DNA from: an uncultured Bdellovibrio sp.
GTDB taxonomy: Bacteria; Bdellovibrionota; Bdellovibrionia; Bdellovibrionales; Bdellovibrionaceae
NCBI GenBank assembly: GCA_963932905.1
Contig: CAWVRN010000001.1
Location: 256,001-320,000, forward strand
Length of the DNA stretch: 64,000 nucleotides
Direction of reading: 5' to 3'
Shown: piece by piece, positions 10,637-19,785 of the stretch
How the letters are laid out: every line of letters begins with the position of its first letter
How positions within the stretch are numbered: position 1 is the stretch's first letter
Position numbers and translations under genes: made by a program
Notes under the pieces: generated by a model
The model's database searches: none
Seen by the model: the letters and a program-made list of their open reading frames with translations, nothing else
Told to the model about the DNA's origin: nothing

Positions 10637-11868
10637 TTGAAGATCTCCTGACCGAAACGGCGGAATGTAAAATAGGATACCAGTACGAACGCGACCAATA
10701 GAATACCGGCTACTCGCCCAATAGAGAAGACGCTGATAGACTGTTGAAATAGTCCAAGCAATGCTAGCGAAAATGGAAGTGCGGCAGTGCTAATTAAATT
10801 CACTAAACTCATGACCTGAGGAACTTCTTCTGCTTTAGGTTGTGTTTGCAAAATATTGATAATCAAAACATTAGCTAAGCCTAATGATAATCCCATCACA
10901 AACAATGCGACAGAGGATACCTGCAAACTGCTAGCGAAAGTAAAAGAAAGAAACCCAAGGCTTAGAGCAAATAAAAATACCCAAGTCCAAAACAAAGTAC
11001 GCGATTGAATGGTGATAAAACTTAAAACAGCGCCGCCTAGCAAGATTCCCGTGCCTAACAGTGTTTCTAAAATAGCCAATGAATTAAAAGAGTTTCCAAA
11101 TAAATCTTTTGCCATAGTCGGCATCAAGACTTGTAGGGGGCTTAATAACAAGTTCATAACTAAAAATACGATAAGCATAACACCAATAATTTTTTTAGTT
11201 TGAAATAAGCTAACGGAACCGTCCGTTGCGGCGTATGTACCGCTACCAACTGACTTTAACGACGATTTTGTAACTAAAGAAACCGAGTAGGCCGACGCGA
11301 TATAACTGACTCCAGAGATAATAAATAGGCCGCTTAGGCCAAAATGATTAAATGCAAACAATCCAAGTACCGGCCCTAAAATAGTGGCGAACGATGTCAC
11401 AGTAGATAGTTTAGCGGTTAGTTTCTGAACGTCGTCAGATTCTTTGATTTCAACCGCAAGCGATAAAATGGCAGGATTAAAAAATGCGGAGAAAATATTA
11501 GAAAGAAAAACAGAAATAAATAAAAGCCATAATACATTATTGCCTTTGGCGGGATCGAGCCAGTGTGGGAAAGCTAACACCAGAACAAACGCACCCACAT
11601 AAATGGTTCCGCGAGCCAAATCGGAATACAAAACTGTTTTAAGGGCGCTCAATCGACTGATCATCAAACTTGAATGTTTGATTAAAAGCGCGTGAGGTAA
11701 ACCACCAACGACTAGGTACCAAATTAAAAACTGTTCGCCAAAACTAGAAGTAATAAACCAAATCAGACCCAGTTGAACCATACGATCCGACACTTGTGAC
11801 AGGGTTTGCCCGACAAGTAACAATAGATCATCAAACTGATTAGAACGTTTAATTACCATAGTATTCAT
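10633..11868 (-). CDS. MFS exporter (MefA/DHA3-like)
   Basis: About 12 transmembrane helices; GQTLSQVSD, SDLARG, AFFNPA, ILGPVLG. Confidence 0.85.
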   Translation of the reverse strand: MNTMVIKRSNQFDDLLLLVGQTLSQVSDRMVQLGLIWFITSSFGEQFLIWYLVVGGLPHALLIKHSSLMISRLSALKTVLYSDLARGTIYVGAFVLVLAFPHWLDPAKGNNVLWLLFISVFLSNIFSAFFNPAILSLAVEIKESDDVQKLTAKLSTVTSFATILGPVLGLFAFNHFGLSGLFIISGVSYIASAYSVSLVTKSSLKSVGSGTYAATDGSVSLFQTKKIIGVMLIVFLVMNLLLSPLQVLMPTMAKDLFGNSFNSLAILETLLGTGILLGGAVLSFITIQSRTLFWTWVFLFALSLGFLSFTFASSLQVSSVALFVMGLSLGLANVLIINILQTQPKAEEVPQVMSLVNLISTAALPFSLALLGLFQQSISVFSIGRVAGILLVAFVLVSYFTFRRFGQEIFK

Positions 11869-12207
11869 AGATATTTATCCAGGATATAAGGTAGCGAATT
11901 TTTAGAATTTGGTTAGTGTTGGTGGTTTAGACACTAACTTTTTCAATCGTCTATGGAAGCTCTTAGGTCGCTTGTCGCAAAGAAAACTAAACGCGAGTTA
12001 TGGGCTGTCAAAACTTTGTACAGCAAATACTTCAATAGTGAAAATTAGTTTGTCGCATATATAGATGAAAATCTAGATCAAGAAATAGCTTTCCCAAACT
12101 TAGGTTACAAATTTTGACCCAGAAATAAATGCCTATTGTGGAATCTGGAAATTTAAAATACAACCGGCTGCATTCTTTAAATTATTTTTTCAACTGGGGT
12201 GGTTGCG

Positions 12208-12720
12208 ATGAAATCAGTTTTGATTTTAAGTTTGTCTCTTTTGTTTTTAACGGCATGTAATATTAAAGCCTCGGATAGTTCCGATGATAGTGGTAATTCA
12301 GGTGATGCCGGTGCAGCAGTTACGTACGCTACCTACGAAATGATCGAAGGCTGCTCAACAGGCATAAAAAAAATAACGGCAGCCAGTGAGGCTGACCTAC
12401 AAGTAGCATTTTGTAACATGCTAAAAGATAACTCAGCGAATGGAAATTGCGCTAGCTACCAACGTGAATCAGCTTTTAAAACTATGAAGTGTGAAGGCGC
12501 ATGGCCACACGTCAGTAGCACAGGATACAATGTTAGCAGCACTCAATCTTATGTGTATCGCGTAAATTCGTGCAACACAGGCTTTCACTATTTCTCGTCC
12601 TCAAATTCCGAATTAGGTCAAAAAGCATACTGCCAAGCTTTGCTTAATGATGAACTTAACCAAAACTGCGGTCGTGAAAAACGCCAAGAACAATTCAACG
12701 AATCGGGTTGCAAATTATAA
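12208..12720 (+). CDS. Cys-rich lipoprotein with an internal duplication
   Basis: Lipobox LTAC and two 4-Cys repeats; ATG at 12208. Confidence 0.75.
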   Translation: MKSVLILSLSLLFLTACNIKASDSSDDSGNSGDAGAAVTYATYEMIEGCSTGIKKITAASEADLQVAFCNMLKDNSANGNCASYQRESAFKTMKCEGAWPHVSSTGYNVSSTQSYVYRVNSCNTGFHYFSSSNSELGQKAYCQALLNDELNQNCGREKRQEQFNESGCKL

Positions 12721-12730
12721 TTTATAAATG

Positions 12731-12757
12731 AAAAAGCCTCGAGGTCACTGAGGCTTT
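12731..12757. terminator. Intrinsic terminator between convergent genes
   Basis: AAAGCCTC...GAGGCTTT hairpin with an A-run on the left. Confidence 0.6.
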
Positions 12758-12765
12758 GCCTTATT

Positions 12766-14409
12766 TTATGATTGCAGAGCTTGTTTCTTCAAGCGTTCAG
12801 ATTTATCTAAGTAGTAATCCCATGATCCGTCATAGATGCTAACCTTGTTTTTATCCACTTCAAAAACGCGGGTCGTAATTTCGCGCAAGAAATAGCGATC
12901 ATGGCTTACGATTATAACTGTACCTGGGAAATTCTTAACAGCATCAAGTAAAACTTCGCGCGATACGATGTCCAAGTGATTCGTTGGCTCATCCAGAACT
13001 AACAAATTCACTGGGCGAGCCAAGATACACGCAAGGACCACACGGCTTTTTTCGCCACCGGATAAAACTGAAATTTTCTTGTCGGCCTCTTCACCTGAAA
13101 ATTTAAATGCTCCTAGTAGAGTTCGGATCTGGCCCATACCTGCCGTTGGCAAGTGGCTATGAACTTCTTCAACGATCGTGCTGTTGGGATCAAGAACATC
13201 CAACGAATTCTGACTGAAATAACCAAGTTCGATGCTGGCTCCGAGTTGCATGCTGCCTTGAGTAGCCTCTGTCTGCCCGGAGATAATTTTTAATAAAGTT
13301 GATTTACCCGCACCATTCACTCCCACAACAGCAACCCGATCAAGACGTTTCACTAAACCATTGGCACCAGAAAAAACTAATTTGTCTTTTCCTTCGGGAC
13401 TTTTCCAAATTTTAGTTAAATTTTCAAACTTAACGACTTCGTCACCACCTCGTGGTGGGACCGGCCATTCAAATTGAATTGCTTTTTCTTCTACTGGGAT
13501 TTCAATACGGTCAATTTTTTCTAATTTTTTAACTCGCGATTGAACTTGGGCGGCATGAGAGGCGCGAGCGGCAAAGCGAGCTATGAATTCCTCTTCTTTT
13601 GCCAGCATGTCCTCTTGGCGTTTGGCCGCTGCAATTAACTGCTCCATGCGAATGGCTTTTTCTTTTTCGTAGTAATCGTAGTTACCAGTATAAACGGTAA
13701 TTGTTTGAAACGCGACTTCGACAATTTTGTGAACAAGGCGATTCATGAAATCACGATCATGGCTTGTCATTAGGATCGAGCCTTTGAATTGGCGCAGCCA
13801 TTCTTCTAGCCAAACGATAGATTCTAAATCCAAATGATTCGTGGGCTCGTCCATCAAAAGGACATCAGGGTTTAGCAAAAGGATCTTCGCCAGGGCGATA
13901 CGCATTTTCCAACCACCGCTGAAACTCTCTGTTGGGCGGTTGTAGTCTTCGGGGCCAATTCCAAGGCCCGTTAGGATTTCCTGTGCGCGCGATTCCAAGT
14001 CATAGCCGCCAAGACGTTCAAAATCGGCCTGCATATCCCCGTACTGCTCAAGAACCTTAACCATCTCGTCTTCACCCAAGTCAGGATCAGACAGGCGAGC
14101 TTCTAAACGTGCGATTTCTTTTTGTAATTCGCTGATTTTACCAGCAGAGGAGATAACTTCTTGGAGCGCTGTTTTGCCGCCCATTTCCTCGATATTTTGA
14201 GAAAAATAGCCAACGACTGTTTTGTCAGATTTGCTGATAGTGCCGCCATCAACACCCTCTTCGCCAACGATAATTCGGAAAACCGTACTTTTACCGGCGC
14301 CGTTGGGGCCGACTAAACCGATTTTTTCGCCGGGGTTAATCTGGAAGGAACCGTTCTTATAAAGGACTTTGTTCCCGTACTGCTTGGTAATAGAAGATAA
14401 ATGGATCAT
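12766..14409 (-). CDS. ABC-F family ATPase
   Basis: Two nucleotide-binding domains (GPNGAGKS/FSGGWKMR/DEPTNHLD and GVNGAGKS/LSGGEKSR/DEPTNHLD), no transmembrane segment. Likely ATG at 14409. Confidence 0.93.
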   Translation of the reverse strand: MIHLSSITKQYGNKVLYKNGSFQINPGEKIGLVGPNGAGKSTVFRIIVGEEGVDGGTISKSDKTVVGYFSQNIEEMGGKTALQEVISSAGKISELQKEIARLEARLSDPDLGEDEMVKVLEQYGDMQADFERLGGYDLESRAQEILTGLGIGPEDYNRPTESFSGGWKMRIALAKILLLNPDVLLMDEPTNHLDLESIVWLEEWLRQFKGSILMTSHDRDFMNRLVHKIVEVAFQTITVYTGNYDYYEKEKAIRMEQLIAAAKRQEDMLAKEEEFIARFAARASHAAQVQSRVKKLEKIDRIEIPVEEKAIQFEWPVPPRGGDEVVKFENLTKIWKSPEGKDKLVFSGANGLVKRLDRVAVVGVNGAGKSTLLKIISGQTEATQGSMQLGASIELGYFSQNSLDVLDPNSTIVEEVHSHLPTAGMGQIRTLLGAFKFSGEEADKKISVLSGGEKSRVVLACILARPVNLLVLDEPTNHLDIVSREVLLDAVKNFPGTVIIVSHDRYFLREITTRVFEVDKNKVSIYDGSWDYYLDKSERLKKQALQS

Positions 14410-14541
14410 ATAAGCTGCTGGTTTTAACCAGATTTTCAAATATTTTCAAAACTTCTTTTTTTTAAAAAAAGGGTCTCGACAGACTGAGTCGCCTATGATA
14501 GTCCATAGTACCGATTTAGTAATAAAACCAAGAGGTTCCTA

Positions 14542-14793
14542 ATGAAAAAAGACTTACACCCAAAAGTAAACACAGTTGTGTTCAAAGACATTTCTTGTGA
14601 TTTCCAGTTCTTGGGCAGCTCAACACTAACTTCTAAAGAAACAGTAAAATGGGAAGATGGTAAAGAGTATCCTTTAATTAAAGTTGAGATTTCTTCAGCT
14701 TCTCATCCGTTCTTCACTGGTAAACAACGTTTACTTGATACTGAAGGTCGCGTTGATAAGTTCAAGAAAAAATACGCTACATCTGCTAAGTAG
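14542..14793 (+). CDS. rpmE2: 50S ribosomal protein L31 type B
   Basis: [38 protein letters not shown]; no Zn-ribbon CxxC pairs. Confidence 0.96.
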   Translation: MKKDLHPKVNTVVFKDISCDFQFLGSSTLTSKETVKWEDGKEYPLIKVEISSASHPFFTGKQRLLDTEGRVDKFKKKYATSAK

Positions 14794-14817
14794 CTTTTTC
14801 CAATTTCATATTTTAAG

Positions 14818-14851
14818 AATGCGATTAGTTTATCTAGTCGCATTTTTTTTT
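14818..14851 (+). terminator. Intrinsic terminator after rpmE2
   Basis: AATGCGATTAG...CTAGTCGCATT plus a T-run. Confidence 0.75.
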
Positions 14852-14907
14852 GTACTCCTCTTTATCGGTGAACTCCGATATCATTTTTTATCTCTTCCGA
14901 GGAATTT

Positions 14908-15978
14908 ATGTTTTCAAAATTAGATGAAGTTGAATCACGATATGAACAAGTAAATCTTTCATTACAGCGTCCTGATGTGGCTAACGATCAAAAAAAATAT
15001 CGTGGGCTAATGAAGGAACTAGCCGACTTAGAAAAAGTTGTCGTTCTGTATCGTGATTACAAGAAAAAAACCGCCTCTCTAAAAGAAAACAAAGAATTGC
15101 TAACGGCGGAATCAGATAACGAAATGAAAGAAATGTTTCGTGAAGAGATCCGTGATCTTGAAGCCGCAATTCCTGACCTAGAAGCTAAATTGAAATTAGC
15201 TTTGATTCCTAAAGATCCAAATGATGATAAAAATATCATTCTAGAGATTCGTGCTGGTGCGGGCGGCGACGAAGCGTCACTTTTTGCGGATGAATTATTC
15301 CGCGCGTACGCTCACTATGCCGGTAAGCAGGGCTGGAAAGCAGAACTGATGTCCTATTCACCCGGAAACGTAGGCGGCGCTAAAGAGATTATTGCGTCTA
15401 TTTCTGGTGATAGTGTATTTAGTAAATTAAAATATGAGAGTGGTGTTCATCGTGTACAGCGTGTTCCTGAAACGGAAGGCGCTGGCCGAGTTCACACATC
15501 GACGATCACTGTTGCCGTCATTCCTGAAGTAGAAGAAGTCGAAGTTAAGATTGATATGAAAGATATCCGTATCGACGTTATGCGCGCATCGGGTGCTGGT
15601 GGTCAGTCGGTCAATAGAACTGAATCGGCGGTACGTTTGCATCACGAACCATCTGGTATTATCGTACATTGCCAAGAAGGAAAATCGCAGACTTCGAATA
15701 AAGAAAAAGCCTTCAAGATCCTATATTCAAAATTACAAATGTTAGAAGACCAAAAAGTTCTTAAGGAAGCCAGCGACGCGCGATTAGAGCAAATTGGAAC
15801 AGGTGATCGTTCAGAACGTATTCGTACTTATAACTTTCCACAAACTCGTGTGACAGATCATAGAATTGGTTTGACCACTCATGCTCTGAATGAAATCATG
15901 GCTGGGGACATTAGCATTCTAGTGGATTCACTAGTGGCACATTACCAAGCAGAAGCACTTAAAAAACAAACGAGTTAA
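14908..15978 (+). CDS. prfA: Peptide chain release factor 1
   Basis: [21 protein letters not shown] (PxT), [14 protein letters not shown]. Confidence 0.98.
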   Translation: MFSKLDEVESRYEQVNLSLQRPDVANDQKKYRGLMKELADLEKVVVLYRDYKKKTASLKENKELLTAESDNEMKEMFREEIRDLEAAIPDLEAKLKLALIPKDPNDDKNIILEIRAGAGGDEASLFADELFRAYAHYAGKQGWKAELMSYSPGNVGGAKEIIASISGDSVFSKLKYESGVHRVQRVPETEGAGRVHTSTITVAVIPEVEEVEVKIDMKDIRIDVMRASGAGGQSVNRTESAVRLHHEPSGIIVHCQEGKSQTSNKEKAFKILYSKLQMLEDQKVLKEASDARLEQIGTGDRSERIRTYNFPQTRVTDHRIGLTTHALNEIMAGDISILVDSLVAHYQAEALKKQTS

Positions 15979-15981
15979 ACT

Positions 15982-16854
15982 ATGACCATCAAAGAAGTTC
16001 TGGATAAAACCATAACTTTTTTTAAAGCCAAGGGATTTCAGTCTGCCCGTCTAGATGCGGAAATCCTACTTGCGCATGGTTTAGGGTTAGAACGTTTGCA
16101 GCTGTACCTAAAATTCGATCAACCACTGAAAGAACCTGAATTAGAAAAATTACGTGAACTAGTTAAGCGACGTACAACTGGCGAGCCGATTGCGTATATT
16201 TTGGGAAAAAAAGAATTCTATAAAAACAGTTTTGTGGTGAACAAATCTGTTCTGATTCCGCGACCAGAAACAGAAACTTTGGTGGAAATGGCGGCGGAAT
16301 TCATTGAGAGCAAAGAATCTAGAGAAGGTCTTCAGATTTTAGATATCGGCGGTGGTTCAGGCTGTATTGGAATTTCGCTTGCGAAAGAATTTCCTCAAAT
16401 AAAAGTGACCATCATTGAAAAATCAAAAGACGCTGCGGACGTGATCAGGGAAAACATGGCATTAAATCAGGTCAGCAACGTAACAGTATACAATTTGGAT
16501 GCAAATGATATCGATAACTTCGTTCAGCAGCACCCTAGCGGTAAACCTGCATTCGATTTGATTGTATCAAACCCTCCTTATATTGATGTCGAAGATAAAG
16601 AAGTGGAAGAGAATGTTAGAAAGTTTGAACCGCAAGAGGCATTATTTGCAGAAGATCGGGGTTATGTTTTTTTAAAGAATTGGGCAAAAATATATTCATC
16701 TTTGTTAAATGAAGATGGCATGATGATTTTTGAAATGGGATACACGCAAGGTGAAACTATTTTAGAACATTTAACAAAACTGAATATTTTTAAATCTGTA
16801 AAAATCAAAAAGGACTTAGCTGCAATGGATCGCTTCATTGCGATGGCTAAATAG
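15982..16854 (+). CDS. prmC: Release factor glutamine methyltransferase
   Basis: GEPIAYILG, LIPRPETE, DIGGGSG, SNPPY; follows prfA. Confidence 0.96.
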   Translation: MTIKEVLDKTITFFKAKGFQSARLDAEILLAHGLGLERLQLYLKFDQPLKEPELEKLRELVKRRTTGEPIAYILGKKEFYKNSFVVNKSVLIPRPETETLVEMAAEFIESKESREGLQILDIGGGSGCIGISLAKEFPQIKVTIIEKSKDAADVIRENMALNQVSNVTVYNLDANDIDNFVQQHPSGKPAFDLIVSNPPYIDVEDKEVEENVRKFEPQEALFAEDRGYVFLKNWAKIYSSLLNEDGMMIFEMGYTQGETILEHLTKLNIFKSVKIKKDLAAMDRFIAMAK

Positions 16855-16861
16855 GTGACCT

Positions 16862-18115
16862 ATGGACAGAATGGCAGTCTCTGGTGGACAAGTATTAAAC
16901 GGCCGGGTGAAAGCAAGTGGCGCAAAAAACTCGGCTCTTAAATTGTTATTTTCTACAATCCTTGCTGAAGGAACCCACCAATTTAAAAACGTACCGGAAC
17001 TAAAAGATATTGAATCTACATCAGCGTTACTGGAAAGTCTTGGTATCCAGTGCGAACGCAAAGGTGAAGATTTTTTAGTTCATTCAAAAAAATTAAACAG
17101 CTTACAAGCTAGCTACGATTTAGTTAGAAAAATGCGCGCCAGCATTTTGTGTCTTGGCCCGATGTTAACTAAATATGGCGAAGCTGTTGTTTCATTACCA
17201 GGTGGTTGTGCTATTGGTTCACGCCCCATCGATTTGCATTTAGATGGTATGCGTGCGCTCGGTGCAGAAATTGAATTAAAAGAAGGTTTTGTTCACGCGA
17301 AAGCTAAGCGCCTAAAAGGTGCGACGTTTTTGTTTGAAAACGTAACTGTTGGTGGAACGGAAAATATGATGATGGCCGCAGCACTAGCTGAAGGCACAAC
17401 GATTTTAGAAAATGCGGCAAAGGAACCAGAGATAGTGGATCTAGCCGAATACCTAATTAAAATGGGTGCGAAAATCACTGGACACGGCACTTCGATCATG
17501 AAAATCGAAGGTGTTGAAAAATTGAAACCGGCTTCTCACACCGTAATGCCTGATCGTATCGAAGCTGGGACTTTATTAATTGCAGGTGCTATTACCGGCG
17601 GCGAAGTAACTGTGGAAAAATGCGTTCCTTCACACTTGGATGCACTATTGTTTAAGTTAAAAGAAGCGGGATTTAAAATCAGTCAGACAGATACGACAAT
17701 GACAGTAGAGTGCGCAAAATCCTGGGATGCCGTTGATATCACGACATCGCCATATCCACAATTTCCCACTGATTTACAAGCTCAGTTTATGGCTTTGATG
17801 TGCGTAGCAAACGGAACTAGTGTTATTTCTGAAACTGTTTTTGAAAATCGATTTATGCACGTTCAAGAACTTATGCGCTTAGGCGCGGATATCACACCAA
17901 AAAGCCGAGTGTCTGTTGTGCGTGGAATACCGAATGGGTTAACAGCAGCACCCGTTATGGCAACTGACTTGCGAGCCAGTGCCTGCCTAGTATTGGCAGG
18001 CTTAGTAGCCAAGGGTGAAACTGTAGTAAATCGTATTTACCATTTAGACCGTGGTTATGAAAAAATGGAAGATAAGTTAACTTCCCTTGGCGCGAAAGTT
18101 AAACGTATCGTCTAA
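16862..18115 (+). CDS. murA: UDP-N-acetylglucosamine 1-carboxyvinyltransferase
   Basis: GAKNS, MRASI, PGGCAIGSRPIDLH, PTDLQAQ, TDLRA, HLDRGYE. Confidence 0.98.
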   Translation: MDRMAVSGGQVLNGRVKASGAKNSALKLLFSTILAEGTHQFKNVPELKDIESTSALLESLGIQCERKGEDFLVHSKKLNSLQASYDLVRKMRASILCLGPMLTKYGEAVVSLPGGCAIGSRPIDLHLDGMRALGAEIELKEGFVHAKAKRLKGATFLFENVTVGGTENMMMAAALAEGTTILENAAKEPEIVDLAEYLIKMGAKITGHGTSIMKIEGVEKLKPASHTVMPDRIEAGTLLIAGAITGGEVTVEKCVPSHLDALLFKLKEAGFKISQTDTTMTVECAKSWDAVDITTSPYPQFPTDLQAQFMALMCVANGTSVISETVFENRFMHVQELMRLGADITPKSRVSVVRGIPNGLTAAPVMATDLRASACLVLAGLVAKGETVVNRIYHLDRGYEKMEDKLTSLGAKVKRIV

Positions 18116-18250
18116 TATTATTCAATTACCTCGCACAATGATTCGCGAGTTTCAAATCCGCCATTTTGAGGAGTAGTTACCACCTGGAATGAAAATCCAA
18201 CCGCTGGCGAAAAAATTTAAATCAAATTTTTGGAAGGTCAAATGTACACA

Positions 18251-19291
18251 CTAATCTGTGTAAGTTTTTGTCTCGCCTTCTTTTAACACGTCAAAATTGT
18301 TAACACTGGCAGCCTTTTTTGCTTTTTCTAAATCGATAACAGGCTGATCGATGGCTTCGTCAGTCAATTGGAAAGTTCCAAAATGTATTCCTACAGATCT
18401 TTTGGGTGATAAATCCTGATGAGCTTTTACAGCGTCTTCGGGATTCATATGCGCATCTTGCATAAACCACCGAGGCTCGTAAGCACCGATAGGCAACATC
18501 GCCAAACTAATATTTGGAAAGCGTTCTTTCGTTTGTTTAAAATGGTCTTTGTAACCAGTGTCTCCTGCGAAATAAATAGTTTTATCACTAAACTCAATCA
18601 TGAATGAACACCACAGGGCTTCGTTCGTATCAAACATCGATCTGCGTGACCAATGATGAGATCGAAGAACGTGAATTTTTATTCCTAGTTCGGGAACATC
18701 GACAAATTCATTCCAGTCTTTTTCTTGAATACGCGGTTTTTTGGAAAAATCTAAATACTGTGAATTTTTCAACGGAACTATAAATAGTGGCGAGAATTTT
18801 TCATTTAGTTTTTTAAGCGAATTGTAGTCCATATGGTCATAGTGGTTGTGGGAAACCAAAACGATATCGATTGGTGGAAGGTTATCTAATTCTAATCCGG
18901 GTGGACGAAATCGCTTAGGTCCAATAAATTGAAACGGACTTGTTCGCGCAGAAAAAACAGGGTCGGTGATAATATTAACTAATCTCTTTGGTGTCTGCAC
19001 TTGGACTAAAAATGTGGAGTGATTAATAAATGTCAGAGCAAATTCACCTGGCTTTAGTGCATTTACTGGAGCCGGAGTCTTTTCATTTTTTTGCTCTACC
19101 CAAGTGGCCGCATTTCTATTCATTTGCCATTTTAGCAAATCAGAAAATGTTTTGCTCTTTTGATCTACGGGATTAAAAAATTTTTCGCCGTCGAAATGAT
19201 CTGACATAGAAGTTCCTTTTGTCGTGCAATGAATTGAAAATACAAGTGAAGTAAGAATTAGAGATCGTCTGAAGCAAATTTGTTTGAACAT
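18251..19291 (-). CDS. Metallo-beta-lactamase-fold hydrolase (RomA/NAPE-PLD-like), probably exported
   Basis: SHNHYDH, HWSRR, AGDTGY, PIGAYEPRWFM, HMNPEDA, IHFGTF. Confidence 0.9.
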   Translation of the reverse strand: MFKQICFRRSLILTSLVFSIHCTTKGTSMSDHFDGEKFFNPVDQKSKTFSDLLKWQMNRNAATWVEQKNEKTPAPVNALKPGEFALTFINHSTFLVQVQTPKRLVNIITDPVFSARTSPFQFIGPKRFRPPGLELDNLPPIDIVLVSHNHYDHMDYNSLKKLNEKFSPLFIVPLKNSQYLDFSKKPRIQEKDWNEFVDVPELGIKIHVLRSHHWSRRSMFDTNEALWCSFMIEFSDKTIYFAGDTGYKDHFKQTKERFPNISLAMLPIGAYEPRWFMQDAHMNPEDAVKAHQDLSPKRSVGIHFGTFQLTDEAIDQPVIDLEKAKKAASVNNFDVLKEGETKTYTD

Positions 19292-19322
19292 GTTTTAGAA
19301 GAGTAATCAGGTTATCGATTAT

Positions 19323-19413
19323 AAAAAAGCAAAAAAAAAGCCTCTGTGGAGGGGACCAAGAGGCTTTGAAAGACAATCCTGGAGGGGTCCAAGGGACTGT
19401 ATTTATAAGATTT
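19323..19413 (-). ncRNA. Candidate small RNA with two C-rich hairpins, ending in an intrinsic terminator
   Basis: Minus strand: ACAGTCC-ct-TGGA-cccc-TCCA-GGATTGT, then AAAGCCTCT-TGG-tcccct-CCA-c-AGAGGCTTT with a long U-run; promoter immediately upstream. Confidence 0.55.
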
Positions 19414-19419
19414 ATCCAT

Positions 19420-19448
19420 ACTATGTATAAGAAATTCTTAGCTGGCAA
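19420..19448 (-). promoter_or_regulatory. Sigma-70-like promoter for the candidate sRNA
   Basis: Minus strand TTGCCA-N17-CATAGT. Confidence 0.45.
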
Positions 19449-19785
19449 CTATTTTTTTTCAGTTTTTATTTGTTTTGAGTTGACTCTAGAGTTTTTACTA
19501 GAGAGGAAACCGCTTCTACATTCACCGCGAGTAACAAAACAAATACAACGTAAACTAAAACTAAGATTTTCAAACGCACATAGATCTTAAAAGCAATCAG
19601 GAAGCCAAAAGTGTTGCCCTATCAAAACTCGCCAAGTCTGATATATGGCATTTGACTGTAGTTAGGGTTCCAGAACCTGGTTTAATTTGAGTTCTAGTTT
19701 GGACCTAGGTTCTAATTTGGAACTGAAACTATTCTTCTTTTGTTGGTTAGCTCATGCATCTTCTAAGATAAGAAAGAGCTCAAAT

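Noticed and set aside
19173..19590. ORFs 19173-19448 and 19366-19590
   Set aside because: No recognisable protein features; the region is better explained by the promoter, hairpins and terminator.
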